From NCBI GenBank assembly GCA_000246735.1, contig CM001443.1:143669-207668 (forward strand): a DNA stretch of 64,000 bases, written 5' to 3'. The notes under the pieces were generated by a model. It made no database searches. It saw nothing but the letters and a program-made list of their open reading frames with translations, and was not told the DNA's origin. How positions within the stretch are numbered: the stretch's first letter is position 1; each line of letters starts with the position of its first letter. Both the position numbers and the translations under genes were made by a program. Below are positions 37,569 through 46,579 of the stretch, in pieces. Source of the stretch: an uncultured Candidatus Poseidoniales archaeon (GTDB lineage: Archaea; Thermoplasmatota; Poseidoniia; Poseidoniales; Poseidoniaceae).

Positions 37569-40500
37569 ATGCGGCGGGCTATTGTGATGGTATTGCTGCT
37601 TTTCTTGCCGGCAGCAAACGCTTACGTCGCCCCAGAAGATTTGCCCGATGAACCCTCTATGGAGTTCGCCGGAGAGGTTTTACTCACCCTCCATGAAGGT
37701 GTTTGGACCCATGAGGCATGGTCGTCGCTTCATGAAAATGGCGTTCACCCACTACGAGTTGTGTCACCAACTGAATTGGTTGGTTGGCACGATGGTTGGA
37801 TAAAATCACCATCTTACACCGTTTCACCTTCTCCAGAAGCGGTTTGGAAAACGGGGCTTGATGGTCGAAGCCCTGTTGTTGGTGACTTCGTTCGATTGTT
37901 GCTTGAGCCACGACTCCCGGACAGTGCTTACGACGGTTTGCGGGGGCAGCTATCTGCTGTTGGGATCTCGCTTCCAAACCAATACACCCCTTCACCGCTG
38001 GCACCTTCCTATCTTGTTGAATGGCCAGGTGAACTTTCGCTTTCAGATACTCTCGGGTTTGAGGGCATCTTATGGATTGAACCTGTGCTTGAAACTCAAG
38101 CAAGGAACGCACAATCCTCTTCACTCATGCAATCTGGAATCATTTCTGGGCACGCAGCATGGTCCCTCGGACTCAACGGAGCCGGCGTGGTTGTCGGAGC
38201 TGCAGACTCTGGACTCGATGCAGACCATGCATGCTTCCGAAACGCGTCGGTTGCGGGCGCTGTAGGGAGCAGTGGTGAGAACGGGAGTGAACTCGTCGGC
38301 GAAGGTGGACCGGACCATCGAAAGATGGTTTTCTTGAACACGACGATTGACGGCGGAGACACACAAGGGCACTCGGACTATCGACACGGAACACATGTTG
38401 CTGGCACGCTTAGTTGCTACAATGTTGACAGTGAGCGCCAAGGCACTTTTCCAGATAACGGATCGGCTTTGGCTCACGGAACACGGCTCGTGATGCAAGA
38501 CATCGTTTCGAGTGATGGATGGGTGCCGCCTGACGTTGATGCGTTGCTTGTTGAAGCAGGGTTGCATGGCGCCGTCATTCATTCCAACTCATGGGGTGAT
38601 GACACAACCGCATACACAGCGCGAACGTCTGATTTTGATGCGTGGGCCCTTGCTATGCCCTGGTCCCTCTCCTTCATCGCCCCGGGAAACACCGGTTCAG
38701 ACCTGCTCGAGCCTGCAAACGGCAGGAACATTGCCGCCATAGGAGCTTCAGTGAAATCGGCTGAAATGGAACGCTGGAGTGCGTCTTCGACTGGCCCTAC
38801 TGAAGCAGGCACAAATGGAATTTTTGCCCTTGCAGTCGGTACTTCGATTCAGTCTGCGAGGGCAGACGGCATCGCCGACTCTTACAACAGCGGCCTACGA
38901 ACGTCTTCAGGCACCAGCATGGCGACACCTGGGGCGGCTGGTGTGGCCGCAATAATTCAACAGATGGTGGAACAAGGATGGATCTCTGGCAACGAGGTGC
39001 GCACGAATTCATCCATGTCGGCCATCGCCCCCAACTGGAGCGTGGAGGACTATGGCAATGCCTCACTTCTCCTTGCTGAAGGGTTCACGCCCTCGGGACC
39101 AATGCTTCGTGCCTTGCTTGCTCTTTCAACAACGCAGCTTCCTGAAGAGGAGCGCAACGGTGGCCAAGGGAGCCTGGACTTACAGAATGTCCACGATGGA
39201 TGGGGGCAACTCAACCTCTCGGCATTGATTGATTTTGATGCTGTTGCAACTGAACTTGCGGAAGGATCCGCTTCACCTGCAAACGATGTCTGGATTCATG
39301 ATGCGTACCGATTGGCCAACGACGCCCCTGCGCATTGGCTTGAACAACGGCAGGCCGGCCTCGAGCCTCTCGAGAATTTGATTGAAAATCCATGGAACGG
39401 GAGCGGCGCAGCCGGCCCGTTCATGCAAACCGGTGATGTTTGGGTCCAGAAATTCACCCTCAGAGGAGGTGAGGGTTTTGATGCGAGAATGGCGCACCTC
39501 GCAGCACCAGAGCCCACTGCAGTCAATGACTTGCAGTTGGTTGCCCGGCTTTCTGATGGGCGGGTTGCTGTCGATGGAGTGTTCGATAACAGTGGTAACT
39601 CTGTTCTGTATTCTTCTTCGGTTGATTTGGACAACCGTACAACTTTCCCCGCAACAAATGAAACAACGCACGGATTGCGGTTAAGCGCCGATGTGCTGAC
39701 GGGCATCGATTGGATTGAGGTTGAAGTGCGCGCTCGATTTGTTGCCCCCGGCAACATTCAGGGTGGCGTTGGCCTCGATGGAACCCACACCGGATTTTCA
39801 CTCGCAATAAAAGGGGTAGAACGTGACACAGACGACTGGGACGACAAGGACGGCGATGGTGTCGCCAACCTCGATGATGCCTGCCCGAATCAGAACGCAT
39901 TTGGGTGGGACCTTGATGTCGATGGGTGTTTAGACGATTTCGATCAAGACGGGGTCACCGATAACCTCGATGTGTGTCCCGAAGAAAACGCACTCGGGTG
40001 GGACCTTAACGCAGACGGTTGCATCGATGATTCTGACGAAGACGGTGTGCTTGACTCAATTGACCAATGTGAGACGTTCGTCCTATCAGCCTCATGGCCT
40101 GTCGATCAAATGGGATGTAGGCCAGTCGACGTTCGCCCAGAGATTACAATTGAGGAAACTCCTGCCGATGATTTCGTTTGGAACGAGCGCCTCGTTCTTC
40201 GATGGTCTGTGACAGATGATGATGGAGATGGGTATCAAACCGGTGCGGAGGTGTTTGTAATTGACAATCGCTCTGATGGTGGCGGTTACATCATCGCATC
40301 GTGTCAAGCAGCATCGAATGCGACTGCTTCCTTCGAGTGCGAATGGGATGCAAGGCAAGATTTACCCGTGTGGAACATCGAGGAGGCGTGGATCCGCTTG
40401 GACATACATGTCCAAAGTACGAACGCCTCGCCGGAAGCAGACAACAGTCGTGTTGTGCTGCAATCTGAAGAGCGTTTCAAAGGCGAATACATCACTGAAT

Positions 40501-40721
40501 TTGACGCGGGTCCGGGCGATGATCTTGGCGTGGATAAGGAGGAAAAAATCTCCTCTTTGAGAACGATCTTCTGGGGTATTCTCTGCCTTGTGGGTGCGTG
40601 CCTCTTTGTCTACAGATTAGGGCAACAAAGCACGCTACCAAAAGATGCTGTAGCTGTACCAATTCCATTTGCCCAGCAAGGGGAAACTGCCAACCTGGGG
40701 CACGATGTCGAAAACGAGTGA
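37569..40721 (+). CDS. secreted subtilisin-like serine protease (S8) with thrombospondin-type-3-like Ca-binding repeats and C-terminal TM anchor
   Basis: signal MRRAIVMVLLLFLPAANA; catalytic triad blocks VVGAADSGLDADH (Asp), HGTHVAGT (His), GTSMATPGAAG (Ser); C-terminal LRTIFWGILCLVGACLFVY helix; start trimmed to the signal-peptide Met. Confidence 0.85.
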   Translation: MRRAIVMVLLLFLPAANAYVAPEDLPDEPSMEFAGEVLLTLHEGVWTHEAWSSLHENGVHPLRVVSPTELVGWHDGWIKSPSYTVSPSPEAVWKTGLDGRSPVVGDFVRLLLEPRLPDSAYDGLRGQLSAVGISLPNQYTPSPLAPSYLVEWPGELSLSDTLGFEGILWIEPVLETQARNAQSSSLMQSGIISGHAAWSLGLNGAGVVVGAADSGLDADHACFRNASVAGAVGSSGENGSELVGEGGPDHRKMVFLNTTIDGGDTQGHSDYRHGTHVAGTLSCYNVDSERQGTFPDNGSALAHGTRLVMQDIVSSDGWVPPDVDALLVEAGLHGAVIHSNSWGDDTTAYTARTSDFDAWALAMPWSLSFIAPGNTGSDLLEPANGRNIAAIGASVKSAEMERWSASSTGPTEAGTNGIFALAVGTSIQSARADGIADSYNSGLRTSSGTSMATPGAAGVAAIIQQMVEQGWISGNEVRTNSSMSAIAPNWSVEDYGNASLLLAEGFTPSGPMLRALLALSTTQLPEEERNGGQGSLDLQNVHDGWGQLNLSALIDFDAVATELAEGSASPANDVWIHDAYRLANDAPAHWLEQRQAGLEPLENLIENPWNGSGAAGPFMQTGDVWVQKFTLRGGEGFDARMAHLAAPEPTAVNDLQLVARLSDGRVAVDGVFDNSGNSVLYSSSVDLDNRTTFPATNETTHGLRLSADVLTGIDWIEVEVRARFVAPGNIQGGVGLDGTHTGFSLAIKGVERDTDDWDDKDGDGVANLDDACPNQNAFGWDLDVDGCLDDFDQDGVTDNLDVCPEENALGWDLNADGCIDDSDEDGVLDSIDQCETFVLSASWPVDQMGCRPVDVRPEITIEETPADDFVWNERLVLRWSVTDDDGDGYQTGAEVFVIDNRSDGGGYIIASCQAASNATASFECEWDARQDLPVWNIEEAWIRLDIHVQSTNASPEADNSRVVLQSEERFKGEYITEFDAGPGDDLGVDKEEKISSLRTIFWGILCLVGACLFVYRLGQQSTLPKDAVAVPIPFAQQGETANLGHDVENE
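39831..40073 (+). repeat. four tandem thrombospondin-type-3-like Asp-rich calcium-binding repeats inside the S8 protease gene
   Basis: DDWDDKDGDGVANLDDACPNQNAFGWDLDVDGCLDDFDQDGVTDNLDVCPEENALGWDLNADGCIDDSDEDGVLDSIDQC; repeated DxDxDGxxDxxDxCP units. Confidence 0.5.
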
Positions 40722-40834
40722 GATTTGTTCGCAGCATCTCATATCTCGCTTGTTTAGGCCGTTGCTATACAAGGTGAACCTTGAAGGGTGATGGCATGCT
40801 CGGTTGCATGTCCGCAATGCGGACGGTGAACAAA

Positions 40835-41839
40835 ATGAGTGAACGCTTGTATGTTGGAATTGACCTAGGCACCTACCAATCGACTATCTCTTCGAGTGCA
40901 GGCGTTAGCCACACAATCGAAACCGTCGTTGGACGACCAAAAGACCCAGTTGCACGCAACTTCCTCGGTCGCGATGTCTTGTTTGGCAACGAAGCACTCA
41001 AGAACAAACTCGCATGCAACCTTTACCGTCCAATGGCGGCAGGTGTTGCACAAGATGATGAAGCGAACTTGGCAGCAGCCAAGGCCTTTGTTTCCCACCT
41101 GCTCGAGACCGTTGACCCTGAAGAATTCGACGAAGTGTTCGGCGTGATCTGCTCCCCAAGCCACGTTTCATTCACAGACAAGAGCAACCTCGTGGCCACC
41201 CTACGTGGCCAAGTGAACGCCATCATGGTCGTCACAGAACCTTTCGCTACCGCCTACGGAATCGGCGAAATCGCAAGTTCAATTGTTGTCGACATCGGCG
41301 CAGGAACCACCGACATCGCACGAATTTATGGTACATTCCCAACTGATGAAGATCAAGTGACCATCCAAGAAGCCGGCGACTGGCTCGACAACGAACTAAT
41401 GACCTTGATTCAGAAGAAATTCACAGGTGCTCAAATCACAAAGGACATGGTCCGAAAGTGGAAGGAACAAGTCTCCTACGTCGGTGGCGATGTTCGTGAA
41501 GCAACCGTCGAGCTCTCCGTTGAAGGAAAGAAGCAAGTTGTCGATATTGGCGACTTGGTGTCCAAGGCTTGTGAAATGATCGTTCCAAAGATTGGAAATG
41601 CAATCAAGCGAATCGTTGCTGGCGCAGACCCAGAGTATCAACCGGTGCTCCGAAACAACATCATCCTCTCCGGCGGCGGCTCGCTCATCGACGGAATCGC
41701 AGCACGAATGACTGACGAAATCTCAGACATCGGAGACGTCACCGTATGGTGCGTCGAAGACCCAATCAACGCTGTAGCAAACGGTGCTTTGCAACTCGCT
41801 GGCGAAATGCCAGACGACATGTACACCGCCATCAACTGA
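40835..41839 (+). CDS. actin-fold ATPase, MreB/ParM-like (archaeal actin homologue)
   Basis: phosphate-1 YVGIDLGT, connect-1/phosphate-2 VVTEPFATAYGIGE ... VVDIGAGTTDIA, adenosine motif ILSGGGSL; aligns block by block with MreB (IGIDLGT / EPMAAAIGAGL / VDIGGGTT / LTGGGAL); start set at MSERLYV. Confidence 0.75.
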   Translation: MSERLYVGIDLGTYQSTISSSAGVSHTIETVVGRPKDPVARNFLGRDVLFGNEALKNKLACNLYRPMAAGVAQDDEANLAAAKAFVSHLLETVDPEEFDEVFGVICSPSHVSFTDKSNLVATLRGQVNAIMVVTEPFATAYGIGEIASSIVVDIGAGTTDIARIYGTFPTDEDQVTIQEAGDWLDNELMTLIQKKFTGAQITKDMVRKWKEQVSYVGGDVREATVELSVEGKKQVVDIGDLVSKACEMIVPKIGNAIKRIVAGADPEYQPVLRNNIILSGGGSLIDGIAARMTDEISDIGDVTVWCVEDPINAVANGALQLAGEMPDDMYTAIN

Positions 41840-41932
41840 GTACGGTTGTTCTCAAAGGGTACAAAACCACCCGTGGTGGTGCTGTTTTGACTGGGAAAGT
41901 TCAAGTGTGGTTGAGCGTCGATAGACACCTGT

Positions 41933-43198
41933 ATGACCATCGACTCGACTGGGACAAGCGGCATTCGCCGACTCGATGACACATCTGGCGACGAGCGCGC
42001 AGCGCTTGAGGGGATGCTCAAAGGCTACCCTGTCGAGCAACTTGTCGAGGAGGTGTTGATTGCATGGCAAGAACTTGCGGCACGAAACGAAGAGATGGTT
42101 TCGGTCAAACAAAGACTCCGCGTGCTCGAATTAGATCTGGCAGAGCGAGAAGACATGGTTGCGCCTGAAGTTGCTCGCCTGAATCAAGTAGAAGCGAGTT
42201 TGCAAGAAGGTGAAGCAAAAATCATCCACTTGGAACGACTGCTCGGTGACGCTCGTGCTGAACTTGCGAGCCAACAATCATCCATTTCACAAGAAGAACG
42301 CGATGCAATGTCAAATGAGAACTCACAACTTCGTGACCTTTCAATCCAACAGGATGAGGTCATCGCTGAACTTGAGGGGCGCATTGGCCAGATGGTTGAG
42401 GCGCTCGAGCGAGCGGCAGAAGCCGGTCTGACATCTGTCACGGCTGAAGAGGTACGAAGCCTCAAGTCAAAACTCGATGCTGCACTCATGCAAAATGAAG
42501 CAGAACAATCGGCAAACAAGGCGCTGGAGGAGGAACGACAACGGCTCAGAGATATTGCCGACAGGTTGCGCGGCCTTCTTGACGCACGCGACGGTCGACT
42601 CGGTGAATTAGAAGAACAGTTGGAACGGGTGATGCAAGGGCCGCGCTCAGTGTCGGCTGAACACGACTATCTCGTCGAACAAATTGAAGAATTAAAGCGA
42701 CGTTTGCTTGAACGAAACCGTGAGTATGAATCCCTTCGCCGACGTGAAAGACGTCTGCACAATGATGTCTTTGAGCGGGACGAAAGAGTGCAACAAATCA
42801 CACTGACGCTCACAGATATGGAAGCGGCATTGCAAGATCGAACGGCTGAACTTCGCGAATTGGAAGGTCAGCGCGAATCAATGTCTCATGAATTGGATTC
42901 CGTCCGCCGAGGCGAACGCACCAGAGAAGTGGTTGGCCGCGTGTTTGCTGATTCACTCTCACTTGTGCGCACTCATGATGCTCGTGAAGCAAAGCGTGAG
43001 GCTTACAGCAACGAACCTGACAAGACAAGGACCCTTTCCACTCCAAACACGAGTGATATGGCTGGCCTTGCTGAAGGTGGAAAGGTGAGCCTCTCTGTTG
43101 AAGAAACTGATATTACGCCCGGCATGGATGTTGATGGGGTTCGCCCTCCATCACCCGGCGGTACCGGCGATCCTGTGCTCTTCGAAGACGAGGATTGA
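41933..43198 (+). CDS. long coiled-coil protein (421 aa), downstream partner of the actin-like gene
   Basis: continuous heptad-like E/R/L/Q-rich sequence (LRVLELDLAEREDMVAPEVARLNQVEASLQEGEAKIIHLERLL...), acidic disordered tail; 93-bp gap after the actin gene. Confidence 0.6.
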   Translation: MTIDSTGTSGIRRLDDTSGDERAALEGMLKGYPVEQLVEEVLIAWQELAARNEEMVSVKQRLRVLELDLAEREDMVAPEVARLNQVEASLQEGEAKIIHLERLLGDARAELASQQSSISQEERDAMSNENSQLRDLSIQQDEVIAELEGRIGQMVEALERAAEAGLTSVTAEEVRSLKSKLDAALMQNEAEQSANKALEEERQRLRDIADRLRGLLDARDGRLGELEEQLERVMQGPRSVSAEHDYLVEQIEELKRRLLERNREYESLRRRERRLHNDVFERDERVQQITLTLTDMEAALQDRTAELRELEGQRESMSHELDSVRRGERTREVVGRVFADSLSLVRTHDAREAKREAYSNEPDKTRTLSTPNTSDMAGLAEGGKVSLSVEETDITPGMDVDGVRPPSPGGTGDPVLFEDED

Positions 43199-43797
43199 GC
43201 GGAATGGCTGCTTTTAGTGGCCTTGTCGCTATCTCATTAGGACTGGGCCTTGCTGCTGCAAGCGGATTTCGGGTCTTTCTCCCTCCTATGTTGTTGAGCG
43301 GCGCAATCAACGTTGGACTGATCGAAGCCTCCGGCCAACTCGCCTTGCTTGATGGATGGGGTGCGTTTTCTGTTTTGTTGATCGCCGTTGTCCTCGAAAT
43401 TGGCTCTTACCTCATTCCGTGGCTCGACAATCTTCTGGATGTGGTGGCAACCCCCACTGCAGTCCTTGCAGGTGTTGGCCTAATGGGTTCTGTCATCGGC
43501 GCTGAAACCGATTACGACCCCATCGTGCAGTGGGCCATTGCAGCCATTGGTGGGGGCGGGGTCGCTGGAACTGTACAGACTGGAACCGTTGCAACACGCG
43601 CCCTTTCAACCGGCACCACTGGTGGACTTGCTAACCCAATCATTTCCGTGGTTGAGGCGGTGATGGCAATCGTCGTCACCGTTCTTGCCCTTCTGGCCCC
43701 GTTGCTTTGCCTTGCGTTGGTTTGCGTCGGCAGCATCTACGCGTTGCGAGTGATTGGAAGGGTACGAAGCAAACCAAACGCTGCCCCCTTGGCGTAG
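43195..43797 (+). CDS. DUF4126-like polytopic membrane protein, start overlaps the coiled-coil gene stop by 4 bp (ATGA)
   Basis: Gly/Ala-rich TM helices (FSGLVAISLGLGLAAASGF, VAIVVTVLALLAPLLCLALVCVG); translational coupling to the upstream gene. Confidence 0.6.
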   Translation: MSGMAAFSGLVAISLGLGLAAASGFRVFLPPMLLSGAINVGLIEASGQLALLDGWGAFSVLLIAVVLEIGSYLIPWLDNLLDVVATPTAVLAGVGLMGSVIGAETDYDPIVQWAIAAIGGGGVAGTVQTGTVATRALSTGTTGGLANPIISVVEAVMAIVVTVLALLAPLLCLALVCVGSIYALRVIGRVRSKPNAAPLA

Positions 43798-43799
43798 CC

Positions 43800-44684
43800 T
43801 TAGTTGATGGCGTTGACGACTGCGCTGATGCGGGCCCTCAGTTCCTCAAGATTTGCCGCATCTTCAGTGAGTGTGCCGGTTACAATCCAATCTGCCCCCG
43901 CATCTGCGGCTCGCTTGGCTTGTTCTGGGCTTCGAATGCCGCCGCCAATGACGAGCGTGAGCCCATCGACGGTGCGTGCCCGCTCGATTAGTTCGGGATT
44001 GACTTGGTTTGAAGCTCCGCTGCCTGCCTCGAGGTAAAGGAGTTTGAATCCATACATTTGAGCGGTGAGCGCATAAGCATGGACCAAATCATGATCGTTT
44101 GGTTGAATCAATTCTGCCGCACCGACTTCACCTACACGGCCTCCGGGAGCGCAAACGACGTACCCTGTTGGAAGCGCTTCAACGCCGAATTTTTGGAGAT
44201 ACGGAGCACCACGGACTTGTTCACCAACAAGGAATCGGCGTTCGGTTGAATTCATCAGCATCATGAATGTGATAGCATCTGCGGCGGGGGAGAGTGCATG
44301 CGCACCGCCGGGGAACAATACGACCGGAATCTGCCACATTGTCTCATCGCCATCGGGGTCTTGACTTGCGGCGAAGGCTCGAAGTTCAAACGCTTCTTGA
44401 ATCGCAACGCAGGTTGCATGAACCACTTCATCGGGTGTATCTGTGGAGCCACCGATAAAAATCATCGCTGAGCCCGCCTCGATTGCCACCATGGCGCGGT
44501 TCGCTGCAGTGTTTGGATCCTGTTTTGCAGGGTCGATTAAGGTCACGTGGCGGGTTTTTCCATGACAGTTGGTGGTGTATTCGAGCGTGGTTTCTTCACT
44601 GCGTCGCATGGCTATCCCACCTGCCGGTTTTGCGGCCACAGCATAGGGGTTACGCATCATCAGTTCGCATACGCCCGAATCCAT
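43800..44684 (-). CDS. geranylgeranylglyceryl phosphate synthase (GGGPS/PcrB family, archaeal ether-lipid core synthesis)
   Basis: HVTLIDPAKQ, IFIGGSTD, LLYLEAGSGA, LVIGGGIRSPEQAKRAADAGADWIVTG; true start probably the internal MRRSEE Met. Confidence 0.85.
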   Translation of the reverse strand: MDSGVCELMMRNPYAVAAKPAGGIAMRRSEETTLEYTTNCHGKTRHVTLIDPAKQDPNTAANRAMVAIEAGSAMIFIGGSTDTPDEVVHATCVAIQEAFELRAFAASQDPDGDETMWQIPVVLFPGGAHALSPAADAITFMMLMNSTERRFLVGEQVRGAPYLQKFGVEALPTGYVVCAPGGRVGEVGAAELIQPNDHDLVHAYALTAQMYGFKLLYLEAGSGASNQVNPELIERARTVDGLTLVIGGGIRSPEQAKRAADAGADWIVTGTLTEDAANLEELRARISAVVNAIN

Positions 44685-44717
44685 AGACTACTCAAACCCC
44701 GCCGTCGTGGCCGAAGC

Positions 44718-46517
44718 ATGGCAGAATCTGGGCCCTTCCGTCGATTGCTTGGCCACGTGAGTGGGCACAAGGGTACAATTCGTCTGGCGTCACTGTGTTC
44801 GGTCACAAACAAAATTTGGGACTTAGCCCCTCCCTTGTTGATTGGATTGGCTGTCGACGTCGTGGTTGAACGGGACGATTCCTTTCTCGCCTCCCTTGGC
44901 ATCCCCGACCCATGGCACCAGCTGATTCTTCTTTCGGTGCTCACCTTCGCCATATGGGGTCTTGAGTCGCTGTTCGAATATTTCTACGGCGTCTTGTGGC
45001 GGAACCTTGCTCAAACAGTTCAACACGAATTGCGCCTCGATACGTTTGCTCATGTACAGAGGCAGGGAATGGGTTGGTTTGATGAACGACAAAAAGGCGA
45101 CATTCTTGCCATTCTCAACGATGACATCAATCAACTCGAGCGCTTTCTCGACAAGGGGGCCAATGATTTACTCCAAGTTTCGACCACCGTCGTCGTTGTA
45201 GGAGCCGTCTTCATTGCCATTTCGTGGCAAGTAGCCCTGTTCGCAGTCCTACCGATTCCAATCATCGTATGGGGATCATTCCGATACCAGCGCAGTTTAG
45301 AGCCACGGTATGCCGAGGTTCGAAAGTCAGCGGGTGCGATGAATGCCCTCCTTGAGAACGATTTGTCTGGTATGTCGACCATACAGTCATTCACAGCAGA
45401 AGATCGTGAAATCAAGCGAGTTGAAGCGCTGAGCAACGTGTACCGCGAGTCAAACCGTCAAGCCATCCGACTTTCTGCCGCCTTTACGCCGCTGATTCGA
45501 ATGGCCATTCTCTGTGGATTCACTGCGACGCTCTTGCTTGGAGGATGGATGACTCTTGAAGACGAATTGGCAGTTGGGGCCTATTCTGTTCTTGTGTTCA
45601 TGACGCAGCGTTTGTTGTGGCCGCTCACCCGCTTAGGCGAAACATTCGATCTTTACCAGCGAGCGATGGCTTCTTCCACCCGTGTGCTTGACGTGCTCAC
45701 TTCACCGACTGAAGTTGTTCATGGTGAATTCACGCCTGAAGACTCAATCATTGAGGCTTCGCCAATAATTTTCAAAGATGTTGATTTCTCGTACCCTGGA
45801 CGTGAACCTGTCTTTACAGGCTTAAACTTAGAATTGAGAGCTGGTGAGACTGTTGGTGTTGTCGGTTCAACGGGTGCCGGAAAAACAACCCTCATTCGAC
45901 TGCTTCTTCGATTCGCAGAACCAACGGGCGGCTCGATTCTTTGGGCTGAACGCCCTTTGCCAGAATGGTCGTTGTCGCGTCTGCGTTCTTCGATGGCGCT
46001 CGTCGATCAGCACATCACTCTGTTTCCAACAACAATCCTTGAAAACATACGTTATGGAAATCCAAACGCTCCCGATGAGGCCGTCTACGAATCTGCAAAA
46101 CTAGCAGAGGTAACTGAGTTCGTCGAGGCACTCCCTGAGGCATGGGCGACCTTGGTCGGCGAGGGGGGCCACCGACTCTCTGGCGGCCAACGTCAACGGC
46201 TTGCTATCGCTCGAGCGGTGCTCAAGGATGCCCCATTGCTCATCCTCGACGAAGCAACTTCAGCGGTCGATAATGAGACCGAGGCGGCCTTGCAACGCTC
46301 CATCAACAAAATCACCCAAGGCCGAACAGCGGTCATTATTGCACACAGACTCTCAACTGTTCGAAATGCAGACAGGATCCTCGTGCTCGAAAATGGTGGT
46401 ATCCGCGAGGATGGGAGCCATGATGAACTCGTGAAAATTGGTGGAACTTATTCCAGAATGTGGGCGGTTCAAACTGGGCAGAATAATGGACTGCGTCCGA
46501 TAAAAGCCATTTTGTAA
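44718..46517 (+). CDS. ABC exporter, fused transmembrane and ATP-binding domains (MsbA/MDR-like)
   Basis: 6-TM domain then Walker A GSTGAGKTTL, signature LSGGQRQRLAIARAV, Walker B LLILDEATSAVD, H-loop IAHRLST; start trimmed to ATG 44718 to avoid overlap with divergent GGGPS. Confidence 0.85.
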   Translation: MAESGPFRRLLGHVSGHKGTIRLASLCSVTNKIWDLAPPLLIGLAVDVVVERDDSFLASLGIPDPWHQLILLSVLTFAIWGLESLFEYFYGVLWRNLAQTVQHELRLDTFAHVQRQGMGWFDERQKGDILAILNDDINQLERFLDKGANDLLQVSTTVVVVGAVFIAISWQVALFAVLPIPIIVWGSFRYQRSLEPRYAEVRKSAGAMNALLENDLSGMSTIQSFTAEDREIKRVEALSNVYRESNRQAIRLSAAFTPLIRMAILCGFTATLLLGGWMTLEDELAVGAYSVLVFMTQRLLWPLTRLGETFDLYQRAMASSTRVLDVLTSPTEVVHGEFTPEDSIIEASPIIFKDVDFSYPGREPVFTGLNLELRAGETVGVVGSTGAGKTTLIRLLLRFAEPTGGSILWAERPLPEWSLSRLRSSMALVDQHITLFPTTILENIRYGNPNAPDEAVYESAKLAEVTEFVEALPEAWATLVGEGGHRLSGGQRQRLAIARAVLKDAPLLILDEATSAVDNETEAALQRSINKITQGRTAVIIAHRLSTVRNADRILVLENGGIREDGSHDELVKIGGTYSRMWAVQTGQNNGLRPIKAIL

Positions 46518-46550
46518 GAAAAAGTGTTCTTTTACGGACAATTACAGGCT

Positions 46551-46558
46551 ATTATAAG
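46551..46558 (+). promoter_or_regulatory. TATA-box-like element (attataag) about 22-29 bp upstream of the rhodopsin ATG, followed by a GGAGG ribosome-binding-like motif at 46565-46569
   Basis: read directly from sequence; spacing is compatible with an archaeal TATA/TSS arrangement. Confidence 0.35.
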
Positions 46559-46579
46559 TAAAATGGAGGCGTGCGGGGG

